From Klebsiella phage K64-1, in sequence record AB897757.1: 64,000 nt of DNA. The stretch is one strand, 5' to 3'. A program made the translations under genes and the position numbers. Shown here in pieces: positions 1-14,698 of this stretch; the first letter of the stretch is position 1, and each line of letters opens with the position of its first letter. The notes beneath the pieces were generated by a model. The model was not told the origin of the DNA, did no database searches, and saw only the letters and a list, made by a program, of their open reading frames with translations.

Positions 1-1
1 A

Positions 2-643
2 ATTTATATGGAAAGTAAAGCAGATCAAAATGCTATTGTAATGCGTGCGTATGTAAAAGAGTCCGTACCTGAACTGGTTGAACTAAGTGGTCGTTTTGGT
101 CTAGGTCAACTAGGTTTACTACAAGGTCTTCTGAATCTTAATACATTTAAGACTGAAGACACAAAAATTGTACCAATTATCAAAGATGGTGCTGTTAAAA
201 GTCTAACCTTTACATCACCAGAAGCAACAACCAATTTTGTTGTTATTTCTGATAAACTAACACCACAGGCTGTTAAAGTTGCTGAGCGTGGTTATGAAAT
301 TCAAGTAACACCAAGTGCTTCTAAAATTCAGGAACTCAAAAACTTTAGTTCTCTGTTCAAATCAATGAGTACTAAAATTACTCCTTACACCGAAAATGGG
401 ACTCTATATTTCTCTTGTGGTGAGAAAAATAAAAATACTTCAGGTGGTGTACTTGCATTCTGCCTGTGTGATGTTGAATACCCAATGCTACAAGGCTATG
501 AAATTGATTCAGTACTATCAGCTACTGCTCGTGTAGCAAACGCAGAAAGTACTGAAATGTTTATTACAAATAAAGGTCTAATGAAAATTAAAGTTGATAC
601 TGGAATTGCAGTATACGAATTTTTCATGCAAGGTTCAGTATAA
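2..643 (+). CDS. sliding-clamp-like protein (gp45-like), 5'-partial
   Basis: Frame is open from the window start. LGQLGLLQGLLNL and IQELKNFSSLF resemble T4 gp45 DLNGFLGILSL and LQQLLRVSRGL, but are offset about 25 residues, which implies the start lies upstream of the window. Confidence 0.35.
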   Translation: MYMESKADQNAIVMRAYVKESVPELVELSGRFGLGQLGLLQGLLNLNTFKTEDTKIVPIIKDGAVKSLTFTSPEATTNFVVISDKLTPQAVKVAERGYEIQVTPSASKIQELKNFSSLFKSMSTKITPYTENGTLYFSCGEKNKNTSGGVLAFCLCDVEYPMLQGYEIDSVLSATARVANAESTEMFITNKGLMKIKVDTGIAVYEFFMQGSV

Positions 644-701
644 GTAATAACTAAAATGGGGAAATGAATTTCCCCATTATAATAAAGGAGAAAATATAAA
701 A

Positions 702-908
702 ATGCCAATTTATACTTATCGTTGTAGTACCGAAAATTGTACTAATGTAGAAGATAAAATTGTTAAATATTCAGAACGTGAAAATCCAAAAGACTGTAAA
801 GTGTGTGGTTCTGAAAAATCAATGCATTTTGAAAATTTCACACCGGGTGACAAAGGTGCAGCTTTTAACTACAAAGGAAATTGGTTGAATACCACAGGGA
901 GATATTAA
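702..908 (+). CDS. FmdB-family zinc-ribbon protein
   Basis: MPIYTYRCSTENC...CKVCG is the YxYxCxxC...CxxCG pattern. RBS AAAGGAG lies upstream. Confidence 0.6.
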   Translation: MPIYTYRCSTENCTNVEDKIVKYSERENPKDCKVCGSEKSMHFENFTPGDKGAAFNYKGNWLNTTGRY

Positions 909-909
909 T

Positions 910-1209
910 ATGAAATTAAAAATGATTAATGATTATGTACTGGTAAAACTTATTAAAGCAGAGGATACTAGTGCTGGTGGTATTATTCTAAGCAATGTTG
1001 AACCGCCTTGTGTCGGTCTTGTATTGTCAGTAGGTAAGGGTAAAGTTCTACCTAATGGCGAAATTGCTGAACATGATATTAAAGAAGGTGATATGGTTAT
1101 TTTTGGTAAATCATCCCTTAATATACCAATTGAAGAAGATCTTGGTGGTGGAAAGGATACTTATCATGTAATGAAAATTGAAGAAGTGTTTGGTAAGAAA
1201 TATGCATAA
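910..1209 (+). CDS. GroES-like co-chaperonin (copy 1)
   Basis: 99 aa. DYVLVK...SAGGIIL...GLVLSVGKG...GDMVIF matches the GroES/Cpn10 motif pattern. Confidence 0.7.
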   Translation: MKLKMINDYVLVKLIKAEDTSAGGIILSNVEPPCVGLVLSVGKGKVLPNGEIAEHDIKEGDMVIFGKSSLNIPIEEDLGGGKDTYHVMKIEEVFGKKYA

Positions 1210-1909
1210 GAAAAAACGTCTCTTTCCATTTTGGTTAATTCCAGCCCATTGGGGATTAACTGGAAAAGCAAAAGAACTCGCTAAAATCAATTATTATTAT
1301 TCAGGAAAAGATGCTGATCTTATGAGTGCAGAACATATGTACTTAACTCCATATGAAATTGATAAAGCAAAAATGGAAATCAACAAAAAATATGATGATA
1401 TTAGTGAACTACTATATCGTATCGGTGTTGTTGATTTGGATTTAAAATACAATCGAATTTCTAAACTGGAGCACAGTAATTTAGTACTGGACATTCGATA
1501 TGAATTAAAAGAACTGGATGAAAAAGAGTACGAAGCTCAAAAAATCGAATTACTTCCTGATGGTGTGGAAAAGAAATTAGCTGCAATTGAATATTCATAT
1601 AAGTATCATGAGATTACTGAAAATGAATATCATAAAGAAATCGCAACTATTAACAAAGAACCATGGGGTCAATTATATTCATCATATAATCCAGAAGAAG
1701 GTTCAATTGAATTTTCTTTTGATTATAATGAATATTTTTGGAAAAAACTAAAAGCTGATGGTCATCCGGGTAATGACGAAGATGAGATTATCGATAATTA
1801 TATCAGATATTGTTGTCGAAACATTGCACAGGATGATAATGAAGTTTCTGAAAGTGATGATGTGGTAATTCCAGACATTCTTCCCGAAGGATTTAAATCT
1901 TACAAATAA
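1202..1909 (+). CDS. hypothetical protein
   Basis: ORF taken from the ATG at 1202, which overlaps the GroES stop. The track's 1178 start is TTG. Confidence 0.5.
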   Translation: MHKKKRLFPFWLIPAHWGLTGKAKELAKINYYYSGKDADLMSAEHMYLTPYEIDKAKMEINKKYDDISELLYRIGVVDLDLKYNRISKLEHSNLVLDIRYELKELDEKEYEAQKIELLPDGVEKKLAAIEYSYKYHEITENEYHKEIATINKEPWGQLYSSYNPEEGSIEFSFDYNEYFWKKLKADGHPGNDEDEIIDNYIRYCCRNIAQDDNEVSESDDVVIPDILPEGFKSYK

Positions 1910-1910
1910 T

Positions 1911-1946
1911 AAAAAAGGAGAATCAGTTTGATTCTCCTTTTTTTTA
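1911..1946. terminator. rho-independent terminator, likely bidirectional
   Basis: Stem GGAGAATC/GATTCTCC with a 5-nt loop, flanked by A6 upstream and T8 downstream. It sits between convergent genes. Confidence 0.7.
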
Positions 1947-1955
1947 TATTAAAAA

Positions 1956-2651
1956 TTAGCTTACCAGAGCAGGGATCCATTTATACATCTTAATGGCGAA
2001 ATCACCAGCAGCATCAGCAGCGGTACTTAGTAGTGGAACTACGGTAACGCCATCTTTAGCCAGCATTGGAACACCAGTGAGATCATCAATCAACAGACGA
2101 CCTACTTCTTTTTCAGTACTTGGAACACCTTGGAAAGAACGAATGTTTTTATCAAATACATCAGCACGTTCGATCATAAAGGTAACAACAGTAGCAGCAG
2201 CGATTGAAGCAGTACCTACAGAAAGAACACCATTTGGTGCATTGGTAAAATCTTCAATAGCAACACCAGTAGGATTGCCAGCGATTTCAGAAGTACTCAG
2301 AATAACTGCACGTTGTTGGACAATATCAACAATACGTTGTAGATTCAGTTGAGCAGCATAGGCAGCATTGTAATCAGCTTCAAGAGTTGCAACAACGAAT
2401 GGAGTACCGTCAACGCGGATAATACCTTTTTCGTTAAGATAAGCAACGATTACTTCTGGTAGTTCAGTGTTTAGAAAACGTTGAACACCGACAAATGAAC
2501 TAATTGCACCAGTAACCATAAAATCAACATTACCTAGTTTACTTACAGCGATTGATGCAAGGGCATTCTTACCATAGAAGTAGCCAAGTACTTTATCATA
2601 AGAAAAGCCATTAATACGTTCAAATTCGGTATTAGTAGTATTAGTAGCCAT
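1956..2651 (-). CDS. hypothetical protein, Ala/Val/Thr/Gly-rich, paralogue of 2667..3275
   Basis: VQQRAVILSTS and VTFMIERADVFDKN match LLRQRAVLVTTS and ITWIIERQDVFNKQ in the neighbouring gene. Local GC is about 50% against a window background of about 33%. A minus-strand RBS AAGGGGA is present. Confidence 0.6.
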   Translation of the reverse strand: MATNTTNTEFERINGFSYDKVLGYFYGKNALASIAVSKLGNVDFMVTGAISSFVGVQRFLNTELPEVIVAYLNEKGIIRVDGTPFVVATLEADYNAAYAAQLNLQRIVDIVQQRAVILSTSEIAGNPTGVAIEDFTNAPNGVLSVGTASIAAATVVTFMIERADVFDKNIRSFQGVPSTEKEVGRLLIDDLTGVPMLAKDGVTVVPLLSTAADAAGDFAIKMYKWIPALVS

Positions 2652-2666
2652 AGTTAATTCCCCTTA

Positions 2667-3275
2667 TTATAGTTGTACTGGTAGTGCAGCACGTACTTTA
2701 ACAGCAGCAGCAGTTGCAGCAGCGGCATTACCGCTTGCACCAGTACCACTTAGAGCATCGACAACGGCATCTTTAGTACGGAAAATACCAGCCTGTACCA
2801 GTGCTTTAGCTAGATCTTCTGCTGGGTTAACAGGGACGTCATAAGCAGCACCTGGACGTTTATCTTGTTTGTTGAATACGTCTTGGCGTTCGATGATCCA
2901 AGTAATAGCAACAGAACCAGCACCACCAGCAACATCAACGCCGCTGGTTGCAAATGCAACTACATTAGCAGAAGCGGTTTTGAAATTGGAAGGGATAACA
3001 ACATCAGTATCAAATGCAATTGTAGAAGTAGTAACCAGTACTGCACGTTGACGTAGCAGTGAAGTAATTACGAACTGATTGTATTGAGCATTGGTTAGTG
3101 CAGTTTGAAGTGCCTGATCTTGTTCTTCAGAACCATCAGAAGTTACTTTGGTATGACCAACTTCAACATCAGTTGGTAGATCAATTACTACGGTTACGAA
3201 ACCGTTATTACCACCCCACCATTCGCGGCTATCAGCACTCATACCATAGTTGCGGTTAAAAGAGTTAAGACTCAT
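2667..3275 (-). CDS. hypothetical protein, paralogue of 1956..2651
   Basis: Same paralogy and GC skew as the previous feature. RBS AAGGAGA lies upstream on the minus strand. Confidence 0.6.
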   Translation of the reverse strand: MSLNSFNRNYGMSADSREWWGGNNGFVTVVIDLPTDVEVGHTKVTSDGSEEQDQALQTALTNAQYNQFVITSLLRQRAVLVTTSTIAFDTDVVIPSNFKTASANVVAFATSGVDVAGGAGSVAITWIIERQDVFNKQDKRPGAAYDVPVNPAEDLAKALVQAGIFRTKDAVVDALSGTGASGNAAAATAAAVKVRAALPVQL

Positions 3276-3408
3276 AAAAAAATCTCCTTAGTCAATTTTG
3301 TTGTAAGTTTTCACCTTACTTAAAGTTATTTATCAAAATAAATCAGACCCCATTAAAATATAATAAAAAAGTCCAATTTTAACATAATAATATTTATCTT
3401 TTAAATAT

Positions 3409-3438
3409 TTGAACGAATTAAAATCTAAATGATATAAT
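3409..3438 (+). promoter_or_regulatory. sigma70-type early promoter (TTGAAC-18-TGaTATAAT)
   Basis: -35 TTGAAC at 3409-3414 and extended -10 TGATATAAT at 3430-3438. About 36 nt upstream of the rnh ATG. Confidence 0.6.
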
Positions 3439-3474
3439 ATTATTGCTTATTATGAAATGAAACGGAGTTCATAA

Positions 3475-4946
<1,472 letters not shown>

Positions 4947-4981
4947 TTCAGGAGAAATGATAAGGATATCATTTTATTTTT

Positions 4982-8318
<3,337 letters not shown>

Positions 8319-8343
8319 ATATCTAAATAAAATACTAAAATAA

Positions 8344-9636
<1,293 letters not shown>

Positions 9637-9643
9637 ATAAAAA

Positions 9644-9672
9644 CTGAACGAAAATCACCAATTTGATATAAT
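9644..9672 (+). promoter_or_regulatory. sigma70-type promoter (CTGAAC-17-TGaTATAAT), upstream member of a tandem pair
   Basis: -35-like CTGAAC at 9644-9649 and extended -10 TGATATAAT at 9664-9672. Confidence 0.45.
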
Positions 9673-9723
9673 GAATATTGTAAGGAGATGTACCTACAAA
9701 TATAAAAAAGCAGTTAAATAATT

Positions 9724-9753
9724 TTGAACAAAAACACAAAAATGTTCTATAAT
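9724..9753 (+). promoter_or_regulatory. sigma70-type early promoter (TTTTTGAACAAAAA...TATAAT family)
   Basis: TTGAAC at 9724-9729, 18-bp spacer, TATAAT at 9748-9753. Same about 40-bp consensus as the promoters at 21117, 29838, 35664, 44955 and 53328. Confidence 0.6.
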
Positions 9754-9846
9754 TATTTGGTAGGAAGGAAGAATGAATTTTCTTCTGATATTAGTGACAA
9801 AGAAAATATAAACAAAGATGCAATTAAACATAAAGGACTATAATCT

Positions 9847-10932
9847 ATGAAAACTCTAGCAGAAATTCGTGCAGAACTAAAAGCTCAAGCTGAAAAACAA
9901 GAAGCTCAAAAGAATGGTACATTTGTTGGTGAACGTAAACCAGATTCTTTCTTGGCTTTTTGGAATGTTGGTTTAAATGAAACTCTAAACCTTCGTTTTC
10001 TACCTGATGCAGATGAATCAAATCCATATTTCTGGCGTGAACGTGATATGATTAATCTTACCTTTAATGGTATTAAAGGTGTTAAACAAGAACGTGTAAC
10101 TGTTCAAGTGCCATGTAATGAAATGTGGGTACCAAAAAGCTGCCCAGTATTGACTGAAGTTCGCAAATGGTTTGATGAAGCAAATAAAACCGAAAACGAG
10201 GAACTGAAAAAACTAGCATCCTCTTACTGGAAAAAGAAAACCTATCTGATGCAATGTTTTATTGCTCCAGACAGTGCACCAGTTAAAGATGATATTGCTC
10301 CAGAAAACCCAATTCGTCGAATTCTAGCTAATAAAGATATCTTCGAAAAAGTAAAATCCATTCTACTTAATCCTGGTATCAAAGAAATGCCAACTCACTT
10401 CGAATATGGTCGTGATTTTGGTATTACTAAAACTAAAAATGGTGGTGGGTATAACAATTATGATAGTTCACAATTTTCTATGTCTGAACGTCCACTGAGT
10501 GCAGAAGAACGTGCAGCAATTGAAAAATATGGTCTGTATAATCTAAATGATTTTATGCCAAAACAACCAAATGCAGAAGAACTAAAAGCAATCAAAGAAA
10601 TGTTCGAAGCATCAGTGAATGGTGAAGCTTATGATCCAGATCGTTGGGCTTTTGCTTACCGTCCAGCAGGTGTTCAAAAACCACAAACTACATCTCCTGC
10701 TGATGTGATTGCTAGTGCAAATATTCAAACTCCATCTGTAAGTACTGAACCAACAACCCCTGTTGTAGAGAGTACCAGTACTGCTGCATCAGACCTGCTA
10801 AATCGCCTGAAAACTAACAGTACTGCACCAGTACAGGAACCAGTAGTTGCATCAGCACCAGTTCCTGAAACTACCAAAAGTACTGCTTCAGCAGCAGATC
10901 TAATTGCCCGTCTGAAACAACAACAAAAATAA
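9847..10932 (+). CDS. 32: single-stranded DNA-binding protein (gp32-like)
   Basis: LRFLPDADESNPYF matches T4 gp32 IRFLPSKNDEQAPF. The C-terminal third is acidic and S/T/P-rich. There is a long (about 90 nt) A-rich leader. Confidence 0.75.
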   Translation: MKTLAEIRAELKAQAEKQEAQKNGTFVGERKPDSFLAFWNVGLNETLNLRFLPDADESNPYFWRERDMINLTFNGIKGVKQERVTVQVPCNEMWVPKSCPVLTEVRKWFDEANKTENEELKKLASSYWKKKTYLMQCFIAPDSAPVKDDIAPENPIRRILANKDIFEKVKSILLNPGIKEMPTHFEYGRDFGITKTKNGGGYNNYDSSQFSMSERPLSAEERAAIEKYGLYNLNDFMPKQPNAEELKAIKEMFEASVNGEAYDPDRWAFAYRPAGVQKPQTTSPADVIASANIQTPSVSTEPTTPVVESTSTAASDLLNRLKTNSTAPVQEPVVASAPVPETTKSTASAADLIARLKQQQK

Positions 10933-10964
10933 TAAGTTTTTGGTAAAATATAGAGTATATAATA

Positions 10965-10990
10965 AAGGAGCTATGGATTAGCTCCTTTTC
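10965..10990 (+). terminator. rho-independent terminator
   Basis: Stem AAGGAGCT/AGCTCCTT with a 7-nt loop followed by TTTT. Confidence 0.65.
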
Positions 10991-11011
10991 ATTTCAAATG
11001 GAGAATTGAAT

Positions 11012-12124
11012 ATGAAACTGACAAGTGGTTTTGCTAATATTTTAAAAAATAGTACTGCATCAGTTAAAAAGAATACTGGTGTTAGCGTTGGATTCCATGA
11101 TCCTGATACATGGATCAGTACTGGTAATTATGCACTTAATTATCGTATTAGTGGTTACTTTGATCGTGGTATTCCACTAGGAAAAGTTGTAATGTTTGCA
11201 GGTGAATCTGGTGCAGGTAAATCATTCCTAGCTTCTGGTAATATAGCTCGTGAAGCACAAAAACAAGGTATTTTTGTAGTACTAATCGATTCAGAGAACG
11301 CTCTTGATTCTGATTGGTTAGAATCTTTAGGAGTAGATACTTCAGAAGATAAACTTCTAAAAGTTAACATGGGCATGGTAAACGACGTAGCCAAATTCAC
11401 ATATGAATTTATTGATGGATATCGTAAAGAATATCAAGATATCCCTCGTGAAGAACGCCAGAAAGTATTATTCATTGTGGATAGTATTGGTTTTCTATCT
11501 GTTCCTGCTGCTGTTGAACAATTCAAATCAGGGGATATGAAGGGGGACATGGGGATAAAGGCGAAGCAGCTAAAAGCTTATATTACTCAATGTGTGAACT
11601 CTTTTGGTGATCTGAATATTGGTATGGTTTGTGTGAATCATTCATATTCCTCACAAGACATGTTTAACCCAGATCCTGTTGTAGCCGGTGGTGCCGGACT
11701 TGTATATGCTTCTTCTATGGTAATTGCAATGGCTAAGTTGAAGTTAAAAGAAGATGAAGATGGAAATAAAACTTCAGAAGTTAATGGAATTCGTGCTAAA
11801 TGTAAAGTTATGAAGACTCGCTATAATAAACCTTTTGAGGATGTAGAAATTAAGATTCCGTGGAATACTGGCATGGATCCAAGAAGTGGTTTACTTGATA
11901 TGTTTGAGAAGTATAATTTGATTACAAAAACTGGCAATAGACTTCAATACACTGATATAGATACTGGTGAAGTAATTATTAAATTTCGTAAAGCATGGTC
12001 TAATAATGAAGACAACTGTTTAGATTTAGTAATGAATCAGTTTAAACGCAATCCATTAGTCGCACCAATCACTGAAGAAGAAAAAGGCGATGAGAACTTT
12101 GGTGTTGAACCAGATGTAGAATAA
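11012..12124 (+). CDS. uvsX: UvsX recombinase (RecA family)
   Basis: Walker A GESGAGKSF, and DPRSGLLDMFEKYNL matching T4 UvsX DPYSGLLDMALELGF. The ATG at 11012 has a GGAG RBS. The track's 11006 start is TTG. Confidence 0.85.
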   Translation: MKLTSGFANILKNSTASVKKNTGVSVGFHDPDTWISTGNYALNYRISGYFDRGIPLGKVVMFAGESGAGKSFLASGNIAREAQKQGIFVVLIDSENALDSDWLESLGVDTSEDKLLKVNMGMVNDVAKFTYEFIDGYRKEYQDIPREERQKVLFIVDSIGFLSVPAAVEQFKSGDMKGDMGIKAKQLKAYITQCVNSFGDLNIGMVCVNHSYSSQDMFNPDPVVAGGAGLVYASSMVIAMAKLKLKEDEDGNKTSEVNGIRAKCKVMKTRYNKPFEDVEIKIPWNTGMDPRSGLLDMFEKYNLITKTGNRLQYTDIDTGEVIIKFRKAWSNNEDNCLDLVMNQFKRNPLVAPITEEEKGDENFGVEPDVE

Positions 12125-12136
12125 ATGTTTAAAATT

Positions 12137-12161
12137 ATGGTTGATTTAGGTCAACCATTTT
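12137..12161 (+). terminator. terminator-like hairpin after uvsX, first of two tandem hairpins
   Basis: ATGGTTGA-tttagg-TCAACCAT followed by TTTT. A second perfect hairpin GTTATACT-ttc-AGTATAAC follows immediately at 12162-12180. Confidence 0.5.
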
Positions 12162-12201
12162 GTTATACTTTCAGTATAACATTTTAATTGAGAATTTACA
12201 G

Positions 12202-13350
12202 ATGGCTAAAAAAAGAACTCAAGAAGAAGCAAATAAATTAGTTTTTGATGCCTGTGAACGCAAAAACTACACATTTAAATCTTTTGTATATAATAACAGA
12301 AATACTAGAATTGATGTACATTGTAATGTATGTGGGTATGAATGGGATATATTGTTTGAAAATTTAACAAGAAATCCTTGTGGTTGTCCAGATTGTGCTG
12401 GATTGGTTAAACGAACACAAGAACAAGCAGAAAATGAAGTACGTCAAAAATGTAATGAAAGAAATTATAAATTTGGAAAGTTTGTTTATGTAAATAATCA
12501 AACAAAAATACCGTTAATTTGCCATTGTGGATACGAATGGGTTTCATGTTCTTTTTCTAAATTTGTACATGGTAACAGGGGTTGTCCACGTTGCTCTAAA
12601 AAAATACAATTAACTCAAGAAGAAGCAACCAAAAAAGTGGATGCAAAATGTAAAGAGAATAATTACTTATATAAGGAATTCTCGTATATTGGAGTTGATG
12701 ATACGAGACTTTTTCTTATTTGTCATTGTGGATATGATTGGAATTGTTCATTTGATAAATTTGTTAATTCAGGAACAGGCTGTCCTAAATGTGGTGGTAG
12801 ATTGCAATTAACTCAAGAAGAAGCCGAAGAACGAGTATTATCTAAATGCAAAGAGCATAATTATACATATAAACCATTTTGTTATCTAACCAATGAAACA
12901 AAAATATCTTTGATTTGTCATTGTGGATATGAATGGGATTGTAGGTATTCATTGTTTGTAATGCCAAACGGAACTGGTTGTCCAAAATGTTCTCATAATG
13001 ATGGACAGTTATATTCATATATACATTCAATAACAGATGATGACGGTAATTTAATTTCTGTAAAATATGGGATAGAAACCACAATCAATAGTAGGAATAA
13101 AAGTCAAAATAAATTATCTAACTATAATATTTCAGTACTTAATACTTACAAATATATTACTGTTGAACAGTGTAAAAATGCAGAAAAAGAATGTATTAAA
13201 TTATTCCAAAAAGAAAACAAAGAACTTTTTGGAAGAAAGGGTTATATAACTAAAGAAGAAATGAGGGATGGTTGGACGGAAACCACATCTGTTTCTAATA
13301 TTGAAAAAATCATTTCTATCTATGAAAAATGGGGTGGAATTAAACAATAA
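12202..13350 (+). CDS. nuclease-like protein: 4 tandem ~65-aa Zn-ribbon modules plus a C-terminal GIY-YIG-like domain
   Basis: Four repeats of LTQEEA..KC.E.NY.YK.F.Y....TKI.LICHCGYEW.C.....FV....GCPKC. C-terminal QLYSYIHSI...GNLISVKYGIETT...R...E resembles a GIY-YIG motif. The start is taken at the ATG at 12202 because the track's TTG at 12160 lies inside the terminator hairpins. Confidence 0.55.
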   Translation: MAKKRTQEEANKLVFDACERKNYTFKSFVYNNRNTRIDVHCNVCGYEWDILFENLTRNPCGCPDCAGLVKRTQEQAENEVRQKCNERNYKFGKFVYVNNQTKIPLICHCGYEWVSCSFSKFVHGNRGCPRCSKKIQLTQEEATKKVDAKCKENNYLYKEFSYIGVDDTRLFLICHCGYDWNCSFDKFVNSGTGCPKCGGRLQLTQEEAEERVLSKCKEHNYTYKPFCYLTNETKISLICHCGYEWDCRYSLFVMPNGTGCPKCSHNDGQLYSYIHSITDDDGNLISVKYGIETTINSRNKSQNKLSNYNISVLNTYKYITVEQCKNAEKECIKLFQKENKELFGRKGYITKEEMRDGWTETTSVSNIEKIISIYEKWGGIKQ

Positions 13351-13814
13351 TGGCAAAACCTTGGCATTGGATAATTAAGGACGATAAGAGTAAACTTCTT
13401 GATTTGATTACATATTTCAGTACTGAAATTGATGAAGCAAAGAAAGAAGTTAAAAAGGTTGGTTCTGTTGAGAAATTAGCACAAGACTTACCTGGCTGGC
13501 ATGAAACACGTTTGTCCCAATTACAAGAACTTGAAGCAGTACTGGAAACACTTGAAATAGAAATGAAACAAATACAGGCAGAAAAATTTAAATACTATCT
13601 GGAATCATATCGACGTCAGCTATCCAGTTCAGACTGTAAGAAGTATGTTGATGGTGATAAAGATGTGTGTGATTTGGCTGAAGTTATTAACGAAGTTGCT
13701 TTTCTACGAAATAAATACACCAGTATTATTAAATCATTAGAAATGAAAGCATTCCAATTAAACAATATTGTTAAATTGCGATGTGCTGGCTTGGAAGACA
13801 TTAGACTAGATTAG
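13350..13814 (+). CDS. hypothetical coiled-coil protein
   Basis: 154-aa ORF. Its ATG overlaps the upstream stop (TAATG). Confidence 0.5.
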   Translation: MAKPWHWIIKDDKSKLLDLITYFSTEIDEAKKEVKKVGSVEKLAQDLPGWHETRLSQLQELEAVLETLEIEMKQIQAEKFKYYLESYRRQLSSSDCKKYVDGDKDVCDLAEVINEVAFLRNKYTSIIKSLEMKAFQLNNIVKLRCAGLEDIRLD

Positions 13815-13842
13815 AAAAAAGGACGCTTATGCGTCCTTTTAT
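13815..13842 (+). terminator. rho-independent terminator
   Basis: AAGGACGC-ttat-GCGTCCTT followed by TTTT. Confidence 0.7.
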
Positions 13843-13859
13843 ACGTTATAGGGAAATAT

Positions 13860-14681
13860 ATGACAAATAAACTTGAAGAATTTGTGAATTCTATTGCAGT
13901 ACTGGATACTGAAACCAATGGTATTCTTGAAACCGATGAAATTATAGAATTTAGTATTTCATTTCCAGAATCATTGAATGATTCTATTGATAATATTATG
14001 AATTACACCAATCGTTATAAACCACAAAAAGAAGTGCCAGCTATAGCAAGTTCAGTTCATTTTATTACAAATGAAGATTTGGAAAGTTGTGGAACTTATG
14101 ATTCTGAATTACCAACAATTGATGCATTAATGGGAAGTCGTCAATATTATGTTGGTCACAATGTACAGTTTGATCGTAGAATGATGCGTCAATGTGAAGA
14201 TAAATATCGCAGTGAACCTTCTCAATATCTATATAAAGATAATTGGATTTGCACTTTACGATTAGCCAAAAAACTTCATGCAGAAGATTCTGATTACGAT
14301 AATATGACTCTAAGTTACTTATGGTTTAAACTTGGGTGTTATAAGGGGCATCGTAAAGTAGAAGCACATAGTGCACGTGATGATGTTTTTATGTGTTACT
14401 CGGTGCTAATTAAATTAGTTGAAGAATGCATTTCACTTGGAATCATTGATCCAAATAATGACATTGGATCTCAAATTATTCAGTACTGTAATACTCCTAT
14501 TATCTATGAAAAAGTAACATTTGGTAAACACAAAGGAATGGATTTTTCTGAATTACCAATGGACTACCTTATGTGGATGATTACAAATAGTGACATTTTA
14601 AATACTGACAAAGAAGATTGTGATATGGATTTGGTGGCAACTTTTGAGTACGAATATAACAGAAGGACAAACGCCAATTAA
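13860..14681 (+). CDS. DnaQ-like (DEDDh) 3'-5' exonuclease
   Basis: Exo motifs IAVLDTETNG, YYVGHNVQFDRRMM and EAHSARDDV. Confidence 0.65.
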   Translation: MTNKLEEFVNSIAVLDTETNGILETDEIIEFSISFPESLNDSIDNIMNYTNRYKPQKEVPAIASSVHFITNEDLESCGTYDSELPTIDALMGSRQYYVGHNVQFDRRMMRQCEDKYRSEPSQYLYKDNWICTLRLAKKLHAEDSDYDNMTLSYLWFKLGCYKGHRKVEAHSARDDVFMCYSVLIKLVEECISLGIIDPNNDIGSQIIQYCNTPIIYEKVTFGKHKGMDFSELPMDYLMWMITNSDILNTDKEDCDMDLVATFEYEYNRRTNAN

Positions 14682-14698
14682 TAACAAGGAAGATATAA

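Noticed and set aside
496-708. Antisense and embedded ORFs in the six-frame track (e.g. 496..708-, 1297..1494-, 1993..2352+, 2865..3056+, 2869..3051+, 3929..4123+, 4530..4880-, 5112..5321-, 7229..7492- and similar short ORFs inside larger genes)
   Set aside because: Each lies wholly inside a longer, homology-supported or RBS-supported ORF on the opposite strand or in another frame, has no RBS and has atypical composition. Treated as shadow ORFs.
12160-12201. Track start (TTG) of the Zn-ribbon nuclease ORF at 12160
   Set aside because: The first 14 codons would be translated from within the two terminator hairpins 12137-12180. The in-frame ATG at 12202 is preferred.
13350-13814. ORF 13350..13814 as UvsY recombination mediator
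   Set aside because: Position and size are suggestive. Only a weak KFKYYLESYRR versus KARLDYYSGRG resemblance was seen, so it is left as hypothetical.
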